Shown: piece after piece, positions 11,872-21,178 of the stretch
Numbering within the stretch: the stretch's first letter is position 1
Layout of the letters: the number at the start of each line of letters is the position of its first letter
Source of the DNA: Terriglobia bacterium
GTDB lineage: Bacteria; Acidobacteriota; Terriglobia; 20CM-2-55-15
Reading direction: 5' to 3'
Length of the DNA stretch: 64,000 nucleotides
Assembly: GCA_965198225.1 (NCBI GenBank)
Contig: CBDAOY010000009.1
Location: 448,001 to 512,000, forward strand
Notes under the pieces: generated by a model
Databases searched by the model: none
What the model was told of the DNA's origin: nothing
The model's input: only the letters and a program-made list of their open reading frames with translations
Position numbers and translations under genes: made by a program

Positions 11872-12045
11872 TCGAAGAGCGGCTTACCTGGCCGGTACGA
11901 GCCGTTCTGTCCGGAGGGGGTGAGGGTCACTTCACCTCCTACCGGGATTTGGACCTGACCGCAGTACAATTCCGACACTCTCACAGCGCAATCGCCATGC
12001 GACCGAAGCGGTCCATGCGGCAGGTGGAGTCGTGAAAGATTACCG

Positions 12046-12474
12046 ATGAGGAACGTCAAGCAACTTTTGGACGTGAAGGGATCGACGGTGTGGTCGATCG
12101 AACCGGAGGCTTCCGTGTTCGAAGCCATCAAGCTGATGGCTGAGAAAGAAATCGGGGCCGTGTTGGTCGTGAAAGACCACCACCCCGTTGGCATGCTGTC
12201 GGAACGGGATTATGCCCGTAAGATCATCCTCGAAGGCAAGTCCTCGCGCGACACACCGGTTGCCGACATCATGTCGAGCCCCGTGATCTACGCGAAGCCC
12301 AAACAGACCATCAGGGAATGCATGGCGGTGATGACCGATCGACGCTGCCGCCACCTGCCGGTCCTTGACGGCGAACAACTTGTCGGGATGATAAGCATCA
12401 ACGATCTCGTGCGTGACATCATCGCCGACCAGCAGTTCCAGATCACGCAACTGGAGAGTTACATCAGCAGCTAG
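12046..12474 (+). CDS. CBS-domain pair protein
   Basis: SVFEAIKLMAEKEIGAVLV...GMLSERDYARKI...MTDRRCRHLPV. Confidence 0.92.
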   Translation: MRNVKQLLDVKGSTVWSIEPEASVFEAIKLMAEKEIGAVLVVKDHHPVGMLSERDYARKIILEGKSSRDTPVADIMSSPVIYAKPKQTIRECMAVMTDRRCRHLPVLDGEQLVGMISINDLVRDIIADQQFQITQLESYISS

Positions 12475-12586
12475 GAGTCTGCGCGGTAGAACGATTTTGG
12501 GTCATTGTGACCACAGCATAGTGCGTGTGCGCAGCACTTAGCATCGACATGTAGTACCGGGTTTCTTCTGCCGCGCAGACTCCTAG
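12471..12586. mobile_element. Miniature inverted-repeat element (MITE-like)
   Basis: CTAGGAGTCTGCGCGGTAGAA (12471-91) and TTCTGCCGCGCAGACTCCTAG (12566-86), 20/21 complementary; CTAG at both ends. Confidence 0.7.
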
Positions 12587-12598
12587 TCCGCATTTGCT

Positions 12599-12670
12599 GT
12601 GTAGGTGCGGTCTATGACCGCACATTCTTCGAGCCGAAATGATGTGCGCTCAATAGAGCGCACCTACACC
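12599..12670. repeat. REP doublet (REPIN-like), GTAG family
   Basis: GTGTAGGTGCGGTCTATGACCGCAC-spacer-GTGCGCTCAATAGAGCGCACCTACAC; same family as 6859-7076 and 61141-61739. Confidence 0.8.
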
Positions 12671-12736
12671 CGCTGCTGGAGCTTCGATTGTTTCCGGCAC
12701 CGAGACCTCTTCAGAGACTCGCCGCTGCGTTTATTT

Positions 12737-13159
12737 CTACCGTATGAAGTATCCGGCGACCCGCCAGCCTCGATCCCCGTCCAGCACCAGACTGATCGTC
12801 TCGATGGCGGAGCTGTTGTTGGCGAACGAGCTGTCGTACTGGACCACGACGTATTCGCCCTCGGGAGCTCCGGGCAGTTCGGTCTCGTACTGGCTCGAGC
12901 GGACACCGCGAGAATCCAGCGCACCCTGAGGGCGCCGCGCGGCTCGCGCCGCATCCTGCCATCGCGATCGGGGTACCCGCCCCTTGAAGAATCGCGCGGC
13001 TTCGTCCCAACTTCCACCGTAGTCTCCTTCGTCGACTATCGCCAGCCACACCAGGGCAGCCTCCTCGGCGTCCGCGATCTTATCGTCTTGGGCGGATGCG
13101 GGCGCTGCCGCGAATCCAACGGCCAGGATACAGAGGGTTACCGGGCGGAAGGCTCTCAT
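12737..13159 (-). CDS. DUF4019-like exported protein
   Basis: Signal peptide; WLAIVDEGDY..SW, LPGAPEGEYVVVQY.SSFAN, WRVAGYFIR. Confidence 0.8.
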   Translation of the reverse strand: MRAFRPVTLCILAVGFAAAPASAQDDKIADAEEAALVWLAIVDEGDYGGSWDEAARFFKGRVPRSRWQDAARAARRPQGALDSRGVRSSQYETELPGAPEGEYVVVQYDSSFANNSSAIETISLVLDGDRGWRVAGYFIR

Positions 13160-13244
13160 GAGCGCTTTCTCCTTAGCGGACGATTATGTCACGGGCCATA
13201 ATACCGAATCCACGGCTCGCCCCGCGCGCGGCTTCTTTCGCGAA

Positions 13245-15116
13245 CTACCCGATAATGGCCAGCCGGTTGTTCAACTCCTCGTAGAGCTGTTCGACCTCGT
13301 GTTTCAGGTCCGCATAGTGTCGGTTCGTCTTGTCCCAATCCGTCTCAGGAGACGGCTTCTGAAAAAGACCTTCGATTTCCGCAATCTTTCCTTCCGCGAC
13401 TGCGATCTGCGCCTCGAGTTCATGGACCTCCCGTATCAATCGCTCCCGTCGATTCTTACTGAGGCTTGGAACTTCCTTCCCGGGTTGTTGGTTCGCCGAC
13501 GCTTCTTTCTTTTCCGGTTTCGAGGCGATCGAAGAGGCCAGCCATGCTTCGAAGTCGTCGAAACGATCGAACGACTGTGCTTTCTCCCCGTCGAGGTAGA
13601 TGATGTGACTCGCGATCTTCTGCACCAGGTAGCGGTCGTGGGTCACGAACAGCATCGTCCCGGGATATTGGTCCAGGGCGATCTCCAGCGCTTCGCGTGA
13701 GGCGATGTCCAGGTGGTTTGTGGGCTCGTCCAGAGCCAGCAGCGTCGGTCCCGCATAGATAATCTTTGCAAGTGAAAGGCGCGACTTCTCCCCGCCGCTC
13801 AGGTCCGAGACTCTTTTGAAGACTTCGTCGCCCTGGAAAAGGAATTGAGCCAGGAACGAGCGCAGTTCGCCGTCGGTCGGCTCGGAGTCCATAGCGCGTA
13901 GTTCTCCCAGGACGGACTCGGACCCGTTCAGGTCCTCCATCTGTTGATCGTAATAGCCGATCTCGAGGCGTTCGTCCCAGGAGAGCTCGCCGCCCAGCGG
14001 CGGTAACCCGCCGACGAGGGACTTCAGCAGCGTCGTCTTGCCTGACCCGTTCGGTCCGACCACGGCCCATCGTTCCCCCCGCTCGACGTCGACGTCCAGT
14101 TTTTTCAGGATCGTGCTGTCGCGATAGCCTACCGAGAGCCCTCGTGCGGTGATCACATACCGGCCGATCCGTGCCGGCGACTGAAATCGAAACTTCACCT
14201 GGTCGGATGCTCCCAGGGGTCGTTCGATCCGCTGGATCCGAGCCAGCGCATTCCTGCGCGACTGGGCCTGGCGCGTTTTCTGCCCTGCGATGTTGCGCCG
14301 GATGTAGTCCTCGGTGCGCGCGATCCATTCCTGCTGTCGCCGCCACTCCTTCCGTTGGAGTTCCATGCGTTCGGCGTGCTGACGGAGGTAGGTGGAATAG
14401 TTTCCCGCGTATTCGTCGATGCCACCCTGCCGCAGGTCCAGGATGCGCGACACGATCCGGTCCAGGAAGAAACGATCGTGCGAGACCATCATCAGTGCAC
14501 GGTCTGTCTCACGCAGGTAGTGTTCCAGCCATTCGATCGAGCGGATGTCGAGATGGTTGGTCGGCTCGTCGAGCAAGAACAGGTCGACGTCGGAGAGCAA
14601 CAGGCAGGCCAGTGCCAGCCGGTTCTTCTCGCCTCCGGACAGCGAGTTGGCCGGTTGGGCGAACTGCTCGCGGCGAAATCCAACACCCAGGAGCGCTGCT
14701 TCGGTCCGTGCCCGGTAGCTGTAACCTCCCTGGAATTCGAACTCATGTTGCAGCTGAGAGTAGCGTTCGAGTAGATCGGGATCCGGCCTATCGGCGATGG
14801 AAGCCTCCATTTCGCCGAGCTGGCTTTCGACGGTACGTAGTCGGGCGAAAGATTCGAGCGCAGAGTCCAGGACGCTGGTGCGTTCGTGGAAGTCGGGAAC
14901 CTGGTCCAGTTTTCCAACCCGCAGGTCGGAAGCGCGAGTCACCGCACCGGAATCCGGTTCCTCCGGACCGGTAATGAGTGAGAGCAGAGTGGTCTTGCCC
15001 GCTCCGTTGGCGCCGATCAGCCCGACCTTCTGTCCGGGCTGAACCTGAAAGGAGATCTCGCGGAGAACGTCGAAAGCGCCGAAGGATTTTGAAACGTCTT
15101 GGAACCGAACGAGCAT
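13245..15116 (-). CDS. ABC-F family ATP-binding protein
   Basis: Two ABC domains (GANGAGKTT, GPNGSGKTT, LSGGE twice, LDEPTNHLD twice), no TM domain, C-terminal coiled coil. Confidence 0.93.
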   Translation of the reverse strand: MLVRFQDVSKSFGAFDVLREISFQVQPGQKVGLIGANGAGKTTLLSLITGPEEPDSGAVTRASDLRVGKLDQVPDFHERTSVLDSALESFARLRTVESQLGEMEASIADRPDPDLLERYSQLQHEFEFQGGYSYRARTEAALLGVGFRREQFAQPANSLSGGEKNRLALACLLLSDVDLFLLDEPTNHLDIRSIEWLEHYLRETDRALMMVSHDRFFLDRIVSRILDLRQGGIDEYAGNYSTYLRQHAERMELQRKEWRRQQEWIARTEDYIRRNIAGQKTRQAQSRRNALARIQRIERPLGASDQVKFRFQSPARIGRYVITARGLSVGYRDSTILKKLDVDVERGERWAVVGPNGSGKTTLLKSLVGGLPPLGGELSWDERLEIGYYDQQMEDLNGSESVLGELRAMDSEPTDGELRSFLAQFLFQGDEVFKRVSDLSGGEKSRLSLAKIIYAGPTLLALDEPTNHLDIASREALEIALDQYPGTMLFVTHDRYLVQKIASHIIYLDGEKAQSFDRFDDFEAWLASSIASKPEKKEASANQQPGKEVPSLSKNRRERLIREVHELEAQIAVAEGKIAEIEGLFQKPSPETDWDKTNRHYADLKHEVEQLYEELNNRLAIIG

Positions 15117-15120
15117 GCTA

Positions 15121-15391
15121 GTGGCCTGTAACGGAGATGTCGGCACCATCGCCGATGGGTCTTGCCAGTCGAGGTCGAGGAGAGAGGAGGAATTGATGCG
15201 GTTTCATCATGACGACGAACGACAAAGAGATCGACGGCAACCCCCATCGGCCCGGAGGGTTGCGGCGGAATGGTCGGGTCTTCGTTGCCGCGACCATTTA
15301 TTGTAAGACCCGCCTGTCCCGGGTCGTCGGCTCCTAGAATCCGGTGCCGTTCCACCGCAACGCTGGTACCGATATCTCCGTTACAGGCCAC
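15121..15391. mobile_element. MITE-like element, family copy 1
   Basis: TIRs GTGGCCTGTAACGGAGATGTCGGCACCA / TGGTACCGATATCTCCGTTACAGGCCAC; interior homologous to the reverse complement of 24212-24378. Confidence 0.75.
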
Positions 15392-15492
15392 GTGTGGTGT
15401 GTCGGGCCCCGGCTCCGGCAGCCATCAGCCGTCAGGAACTCGCGGGCCTCGATTTCAGTGGGGCCGGGGGCGACATATGAGCTGGGTTGGTC

Positions 15493-16692
15493 TCAGGCCG
15501 CCTTGTTGGCGGCCTCGGCGGGACTGAGAAGAATCTCGATGGCCCGATCCAGCTGACGGTCGGTCTCGGAACTGGTTTCGGTCGGGCTTGCGAGCGGATC
15601 GAGGTCCGCCGCTTCGGCGACCTCGATCGTCGGTTCGATACCCTCCTTCTGGATTTCTCGGCCGCTCGGCGTGTAGTAGTTGGCGACCGATAACAGAAGA
15701 GCCCAGCCGTCATCGAGCGGCAGAAGCCGTTGGACGGTCCCCATGCCGAAGGTTCTCAGACCGACGAGCTGTCCGCGGCCGTTCTCTGCGATCGCCGCTG
15801 CCGCCATCTCCGCCGCATCTGCCGTCCCCTGGTTTATCAGGACGACGAGCGGCAGCTCGGATATCGCGTTTCCCGCTTTGGCGGTAAAGGTCTCGCGCTC
15901 GACGGTCTGGCCGTCGAGATAACCCAGCGTGCCGGATTCGACAAAGAGGTTTGCGAGCTCGAAAGCCTCCTGTGGCGTCCCTCCCGCGGTGTTTCTCAAG
16001 TCCAGGACGATATGCGCCGCGCCCTGTTCAGTCAGAGATTCCAGCTTCCTCTTGGCTTCCAGCGCCTTGCCTGGCGCCAGTACCGGGACCTTGAGGTAAC
16101 CGACCTCCTGGTCCAGGAGCCGGGTTTCGACGGCTGGTGGCTCGACGACGGCCCGGGTCAGTGTGACTATTTCGGGCGCGGGCCGTCGTCGTCGGATGAT
16201 CGCCAGCTCGACTTCGCTGCCCGCCGAGCCCGCCAGCAATTGCCGGACCTCCACGAGGTTGTGCTCGCGTAGCGACTCGCCCCCGATGGCCTCGATGGTG
16301 TCTCCCGTGCCGAAACCCGCCCGCGAGGCAGGTCCACCTGGAACCGCCGAGACGATCATCGGATAATCGAACTTCTTGGCCAGGGTGACGCCGATGCCCG
16401 CGCCTGTCCGGGGATCAAAATCTTCGTAAAACCTGACCGACTCCGGAGAGAGATAGCAGCCATGGGGGTCAACCCGCTCGACCATGCCGCGGATCGCGCC
16501 CGCGAACGCATCGGTCAAGCTGGGATCGTCGACGTAGTCGTTCTGGATACGGTTGATCACTTCCATGAATATGGACAGTTTCTGATACGAACCATTCTGG
16601 GCGCTGGCTCGTCCCATCATCCCGCCGACGATGGCGTAGACGACCACCACAGACGAAATCAGCAAGATCGTGTACTTGGTCTTCGAGTGCAA
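15493..16692 (-). CDS. S41 family carboxyl-terminal processing protease (CtpA-like)
   Basis: N-terminal TM, PDZ domain, LDLRNTAGG, VLINQGTADAAE, GLRTFGMG, YYTPSGREIQKEGIEP. Confidence 0.85.
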   Translation of the reverse strand: MHSKTKYTILLISSVVVVYAIVGGMMGRASAQNGSYQKLSIFMEVINRIQNDYVDDPSLTDAFAGAIRGMVERVDPHGCYLSPESVRFYEDFDPRTGAGIGVTLAKKFDYPMIVSAVPGGPASRAGFGTGDTIEAIGGESLREHNLVEVRQLLAGSAGSEVELAIIRRRRPAPEIVTLTRAVVEPPAVETRLLDQEVGYLKVPVLAPGKALEAKRKLESLTEQGAAHIVLDLRNTAGGTPQEAFELANLFVESGTLGYLDGQTVERETFTAKAGNAISELPLVVLINQGTADAAEMAAAAIAENGRGQLVGLRTFGMGTVQRLLPLDDGWALLLSVANYYTPSGREIQKEGIEPTIEVAEAADLDPLASPTETSSETDRQLDRAIEILLSPAEAANKAA

Positions 16693-16789
16693 CTGAAACC
16701 TCCAGATGACGCGCTATCCGATGATTATAGCTTGAGCGGTTCCGCCCACGAGTCCCTTTTTTGTGCGGGGGGCGGGTTATCATTAGGGC

Positions 16790-17209
16790 GTGGAAACGAC
16801 ACGCATCATGGCGTTAGACGTGGGAGACAGGAAAATCGGTATAGCGATTACCGACCCGCTCGGAATGACCGTTCAGGGGCGTCCCACGCTGATCCGGACC
16901 CAGGTCGAGGCGGATATCGAGCACATCCGGCGCCTGGCCACCGCGAACGAGGTCGGCAAGATCGTGGTGGGGCACCCGCTGCACATGGACGGCACCGTCT
17001 CTTCCCAGAGCAGGAAGACCGAAGCTTTTGCCGAGTGCCTGAAGAAAGTTCTCCCGACCCCGGTGGCACTCTGGGACGAACGTCTGACGAGTTTCGCCGC
17101 CGAACAGCATCTTGAAGAACTTGGCCTGGACTGGAGAGGCCGCCGGAAGCACGTCGACGAGGTGGCCGCTGTGCTGATTCTCGAGGACTACCTGGGAACA
17201 CATTCATGA
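16790..17209 (+). CDS. ruvX: RuvX/YqgF pre-16S rRNA nuclease
   Basis: ALDVGDRKIGIAITD, VVGHP, WDERLTS, VDEVAAVLILEDYL. Confidence 0.93.
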   Translation: METTRIMALDVGDRKIGIAITDPLGMTVQGRPTLIRTQVEADIEHIRRLATANEVGKIVVGHPLHMDGTVSSQSRKTEAFAECLKKVLPTPVALWDERLTSFAAEQHLEELGLDWRGRRKHVDEVAAVLILEDYLGTHS

Positions 17210-18219
17210 AAAGGGTTCTCCTGTTCCTGGTCATTCTGCTCGCGGTGGCCGCCGCGGGCTCGCTCGGCTACGGATGGTCCCTCGTCGAGCAGCCATACCG
17301 CGGGTATTCCGAGGGAATCGTCGTGGATGTCCCCGCCGGCTTCGGGTCTGAAGAAATCGTCGAACTGCTTCTCGCCAGGGGTGTCCTCCAACACCGGTAT
17401 GCCTCGCTGGGCTACCTGTACTTCAGTCCCTATCGCGGAAAGCTGCAGGCAGGGGAGTATCTGTTTGACGAGGCGTTGAACGTCGAGGGCGTCTTCGGAA
17501 AGCTGGCCCGTGGAGAGATCCGACTTCACACGTTCACTGTGCCGGAAGGTCTGATTCTGGTCGAGATAGCGGACTTGTGGGAGGCGGCCCAATTGGGCTC
17601 CAGCGATGGGTTCCTCGATGCGGTGAAAGCCGCTCTGCCCGCGGTCCAGGAGTTCGAGGCCGAGGCCGCTTCGGTCGAAGGCTACCTGTTTCCAGAGACA
17701 TACTCATTCCGGCGCGGTGTGACCGCAGCCGAGGCAGTCGATGCGATGTTGCGGGGCTTCGGCAGCGCCGTAAGTCGGCTCGAGGATGCGGTGGCCCGGG
17801 GCGATTGGCCGCTTAATCTGCGGGACGCGCTGATCATGGCTTCCCTCATCGAGAGCGAAGCAGCGGTGGCGGACGAACGCGAGCTGATTTCATCGGTTTT
17901 TCATAACCGGTTGCGGAGGGGCATGCTGTTGGAGTGCGATCCGACCGTGATCTACGCGCTCCGCCTGGACGGGAGCTATCGCGGCCGTCTCCTGAGGGTC
18001 GACCTGGATTTCGACTCGCCCTACAACACCTACATGTATCCCAAACTTCCTCCGGGCCCCATCGGCAATCCCGGTTACGACTCCCTCCTGGCCGCCATCT
18101 CCCCCGCCGAGACCGATTTCCTGTTCTTTGTCCGCACCGATGGCGGGCGACATACTTTCTCCAGGACACTGGCCGAGCACAACCGTGCCGTTGCCGCCTA
18201 CCGGCGAAGCACTCGTTAG
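17206..18219 (+). CDS. mltG: Endolytic transglycosylase MltG
   Basis: LQAGEY, TVPEG, EGYLFPETY, ASLIESEA, SVFHNRL, DPTVIY, SPYNTY...LPPGPIGNPG. Confidence 0.95.
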   Translation: MKRVLLFLVILLAVAAAGSLGYGWSLVEQPYRGYSEGIVVDVPAGFGSEEIVELLLARGVLQHRYASLGYLYFSPYRGKLQAGEYLFDEALNVEGVFGKLARGEIRLHTFTVPEGLILVEIADLWEAAQLGSSDGFLDAVKAALPAVQEFEAEAASVEGYLFPETYSFRRGVTAAEAVDAMLRGFGSAVSRLEDAVARGDWPLNLRDALIMASLIESEAAVADERELISSVFHNRLRRGMLLECDPTVIYALRLDGSYRGRLLRVDLDFDSPYNTYMYPKLPPGPIGNPGYDSLLAAISPAETDFLFFVRTDGGRHTFSRTLAEHNRAVAAYRRSTR

Positions 18220-18382
18220 CTATAGGTCCAAGGTCCGACGTCCAAGGTCCAAAGTATCCGGAGGGTTGTTGACACCTGGACTCTGGACTCCCATCACCGA
18301 GTTGGACCTCGGACGATTGGGCGGCAGCCGCGGGCCCCAGAAACGTGTCTGGCCGTGACTCATGTGTGCCGCCATCACCGAG

Positions 18383-18708
18383 TTAGCGCAGGTACTCGTT
18401 GAAAAAGGCGATTGTCCGGTCCCAGGCCAGCATGGCCGCCTCTTCGTCGAACCGAGGTGTCGTGTCGTTGTGGAAGCCGTGATTCGTCGCCGGGTACATG
18501 TGTGCCGCGTGCCGTCGCACGTCTTGTGGTTAACCTTCAGGGCTTCCTCATAAGCCGGCCATCCCGCGTTGATCCGCTCATCCATCTCCGCATAGTGGAG
18601 CAGGAGGGGCGCATTGATCTTCCCCACGCCTTCGACTGACGGCTGACCTCCGTAGAATGGCACCGCGGCCGCCAGGTCCGGGATTCGTACGGCGAGCGTG
18701 TTGGTCAT
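18383..18708 (-). pseudogene. Dienelactone hydrolase (YghX-like) C-terminal remnant with a frameshift
   Basis: [19 protein letters not shown]...[23 protein letters not shown], then a shift to [41 protein letters not shown]-terminal half with the GFCxGG nucleophile is absent. Confidence 0.8.
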
Positions 18709-18716
18709 GCTGGTCA

Positions 18717-20435
18717 CTAGTTTGCCGCTTGCGTGGTCAGGTCGGAATGTCGGTAGACTACGTTTCCTCCGACGATTGTCATCAGAACCCGGATGTCGTC
18801 GATTTGCTCCTCGGCGCAGGTGAGAATGTCGTCCGAAAGCACAATCATGTCGGCGAGCTTGCCCTCTTCGATCGATCCCTTGACCTCGTCCTCGAAAGTC
18901 AGGCGGGCGTTGCCGAGCGACATCAAGCGGAGGGCTTCTTCGCGTCCGACCCTCTGGTCGGGACCGGCGATTCCGGCACTGATCGTGCCCCGTGTGATGA
19001 AGTGATACAGCACCCACATCGGCTGGTATGGAATTACTGGCGAATCGGTGCCCAGCGAGACGTCCAGGCCGGCGTCCACATAGGTCCGAATTGGCGTGAC
19101 CCGGTCGGCTCGGTCCACGCCCCAGTACTTGCGGAGGCTCGGAGCGGCGACGTAGAGATGGTTCTGTGCGGAAATGTGCAGTCCCAACGTCCTCATCCGG
19201 GGAAACTGGTCCTCCGCGACAACGAACCCGTGTTCGATAGCCCATCGCTTGCCATTGATGGGGGAGTCCTGGTGGGCCGCTTCGTAGGCGTCCAGAACGA
19301 GGTCGATCGCAGCATCGCCGACCGCATGGGTTGCGACGCGCCAGCCCTGGGCGTTCAATGCCCGAACGAGTGCGGTGTAGGGCTCCGTCGGGAAAGTCTG
19401 CAGGCCGTTGAACGTCCCGCCTTTCCCCCAGGGTTCCTCATATGGCTCGCGCATCCAGCCGCCCTCGAAGCCCCCGTCGACGCCGAGTTTGATGCCTGCT
19501 ACGCGCACCCATTCATCGCCGTCGTTCGGTCTGATTCCCCACTCCGAAAAGGTCTCGCCGAGAGTGTAGGGATCGGTTGATCCGCCCAAACGGAGCAGGA
19601 CGCTGGCTCGCATGGTTAGAAGCCCTCGCTCCTTGAGGTCGCCGAGCATTCGGTACGTCTCCGGAGAACCGCCGCCGTAACGCACGCTGGTCAGGCCCGC
19701 TTCGTTCAGGGTTCCGAGCTCCGCGGCGAGCGCCGTGAGCCGCTCCTCATAGTCCGGTCGTTCGCCGCCGCCGCGGGGCAGCGGTACCAGGCTCTTCGCC
19801 CGGTCGACGAGCTCACCATTCAGTCTGCCGTCGTCATACCGCCCGATCACGCCGCCTTCGGGCTCGGGGGTTGCCGTTGTGATGTCCCAGCGTGCCAGCG
19901 CGGCGCTGTTCAGGACGTATTCGTGTCCGCCACGGACAACGACGACCGCATGGTCGGGAGCGGCTTTGTCCAGGTCGTCGCGGTAGGGGAGACGTTGTTC
20001 GACGAGCTGCCCTTCATGCCAGTCGCTGTTCGTGCGGATGATCTCTCCGGCCGGGGTTCGAGCGGCCCGGGCCGCGACCGCGTCATGGACATCCTGAAGG
20101 CTGCGGGCGCCAGACAGGTCGACCCCGGTCCCACCGCCCAATCCGTGGAAGTGATTATCCGCCAGGCCGGGTACCACGGTCCGACCGTCCAGATCGATCT
20201 GTTCGGTCTCCGGGCCGGCCATCGCCCGAATACGGGCGTCGGTACCGACGGCGACCACACGCCCTTCAGTCACAGCGACAGCTTCGGCTTCGGTGGACTG
20301 GGGGTCGAGCGTTACGATGTGTCCGTTGTAGGCGATGAGATCCGGCGGTGGCCCTGACGGCGGCCGCGCACAGGCCGATAACGCCGGGATCGCTGCGAGG
20401 CACAGAATCAGGAGATGGAATGCGCGGTCAGTCAT
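18717..20435 (-). CDS. Amidohydrolase 3 family (YtcJ-like) lipoprotein
   Basis: Lipobox-like LSAC; [45 protein letters not shown]. Confidence 0.88.
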   Translation of the reverse strand: MTDRAFHLLILCLAAIPALSACARPPSGPPPDLIAYNGHIVTLDPQSTEAEAVAVTEGRVVAVGTDARIRAMAGPETEQIDLDGRTVVPGLADNHFHGLGGGTGVDLSGARSLQDVHDAVAARAARTPAGEIIRTNSDWHEGQLVEQRLPYRDDLDKAAPDHAVVVVRGGHEYVLNSAALARWDITTATPEPEGGVIGRYDDGRLNGELVDRAKSLVPLPRGGGERPDYEERLTALAAELGTLNEAGLTSVRYGGGSPETYRMLGDLKERGLLTMRASVLLRLGGSTDPYTLGETFSEWGIRPNDGDEWVRVAGIKLGVDGGFEGGWMREPYEEPWGKGGTFNGLQTFPTEPYTALVRALNAQGWRVATHAVGDAAIDLVLDAYEAAHQDSPINGKRWAIEHGFVVAEDQFPRMRTLGLHISAQNHLYVAAPSLRKYWGVDRADRVTPIRTYVDAGLDVSLGTDSPVIPYQPMWVLYHFITRGTISAGIAGPDQRVGREEALRLMSLGNARLTFEDEVKGSIEEGKLADMIVLSDDILTCAEEQIDDIRVLMTIVGGNVVYRHSDLTTQAAN

Positions 20436-20583
20436 GGAGCGGACCTCCGATTTGTGGGGTCGGTTTCGGCACTATATCACCGAGGTGTTCAGCTCTCAGC
20501 AGCTGGTTTTGCCGTTGATCTGGGCGATAGCTGAGAACTGCAGACCGAACGCCGTGGCGATCAGCCAAGCGCCGACAAGCTGG

Positions 20584-21141
20584 CTACGGAAAGGCGGGAT
20601 TCTTCCGGTACTCGGCCAGGCTCTGGCTGATCTGGTCGCGCTCGGAGAGGATCGGGTCTTTGATCGGCCAGTCCACCCCGACATCAGGGTCGTTCCAGCG
20701 GACCCCTCCCTCCGACGGAGGGGTGTAAAAACCGGTTTGCTTGTACTGCACCTCGGCGATGTCGGAAACGGTTGCGAAGCCGTGGGCGAAGCCGACGGGG
20801 ACGTAGATCTGCCGCTTGTTCTCCGCGTTGAGCTCGATGCCGAACCAGCTTCCGAAACTGGATGAGCTCATCCGAAGGTCCACGACGACGTCGAATATCC
20901 GGCCGACGGTGCATCGGAGCAGCTTTCCCATGGGCGCGGTCATGTCCTGGTAGTGCAAGCCCCGCAGCACGCCCTTTCCGGAGCGCGAATGGCCTTCCTG
21001 GACGAACGTCAGGTCCAGACCTGCGGCGGCGAAATCCCGCTGATGCCAGGATTCGATGAAAAACCCCCTTTCGTCTTCGAAGTAGTCGATATCGATAACA
21101 AACAGATCCTTCAGGGGAGTCGTTGTCAGGGTTGTCTTCAT
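20584..21141 (-). CDS. rfbC: dTDP-4-dehydrorhamnose 3,5-epimerase
   Basis: FEDERGFFIES, HSRSGKGVLRGLHYQ, DVVVDLR, GFAHGF, WNDPDVGVDWP. Confidence 0.93.
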   Translation of the reverse strand: MKTTLTTTPLKDLFVIDIDYFEDERGFFIESWHQRDFAAAGLDLTFVQEGHSRSGKGVLRGLHYQDMTAPMGKLLRCTVGRIFDVVVDLRMSSSSFGSWFGIELNAENKRQIYVPVGFAHGFATVSDIAEVQYKQTGFYTPPSEGGVRWNDPDVGVDWPIKDPILSERDQISQSLAEYRKNPAFP

Positions 21142-21178
21142 TCCGGAGATGATCCTCGTTTGGGCCGGCGTGTTCCCT

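Larger units (their letters stand above)
8879..11948 (+). mobile_element. Group II intron, class C-like (outer intron of a twintron)
   Basis: 5' GTGCGCCGGGCATGG; domain I closes at CTTACCCCGGG (~9140-9150); DV AGAGCGGCTTACC..GGTACGAGCCGTTCT right after the RT stop; DVI ends ...CCTACCGGGAT at 11948. Confidence 0.9.
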
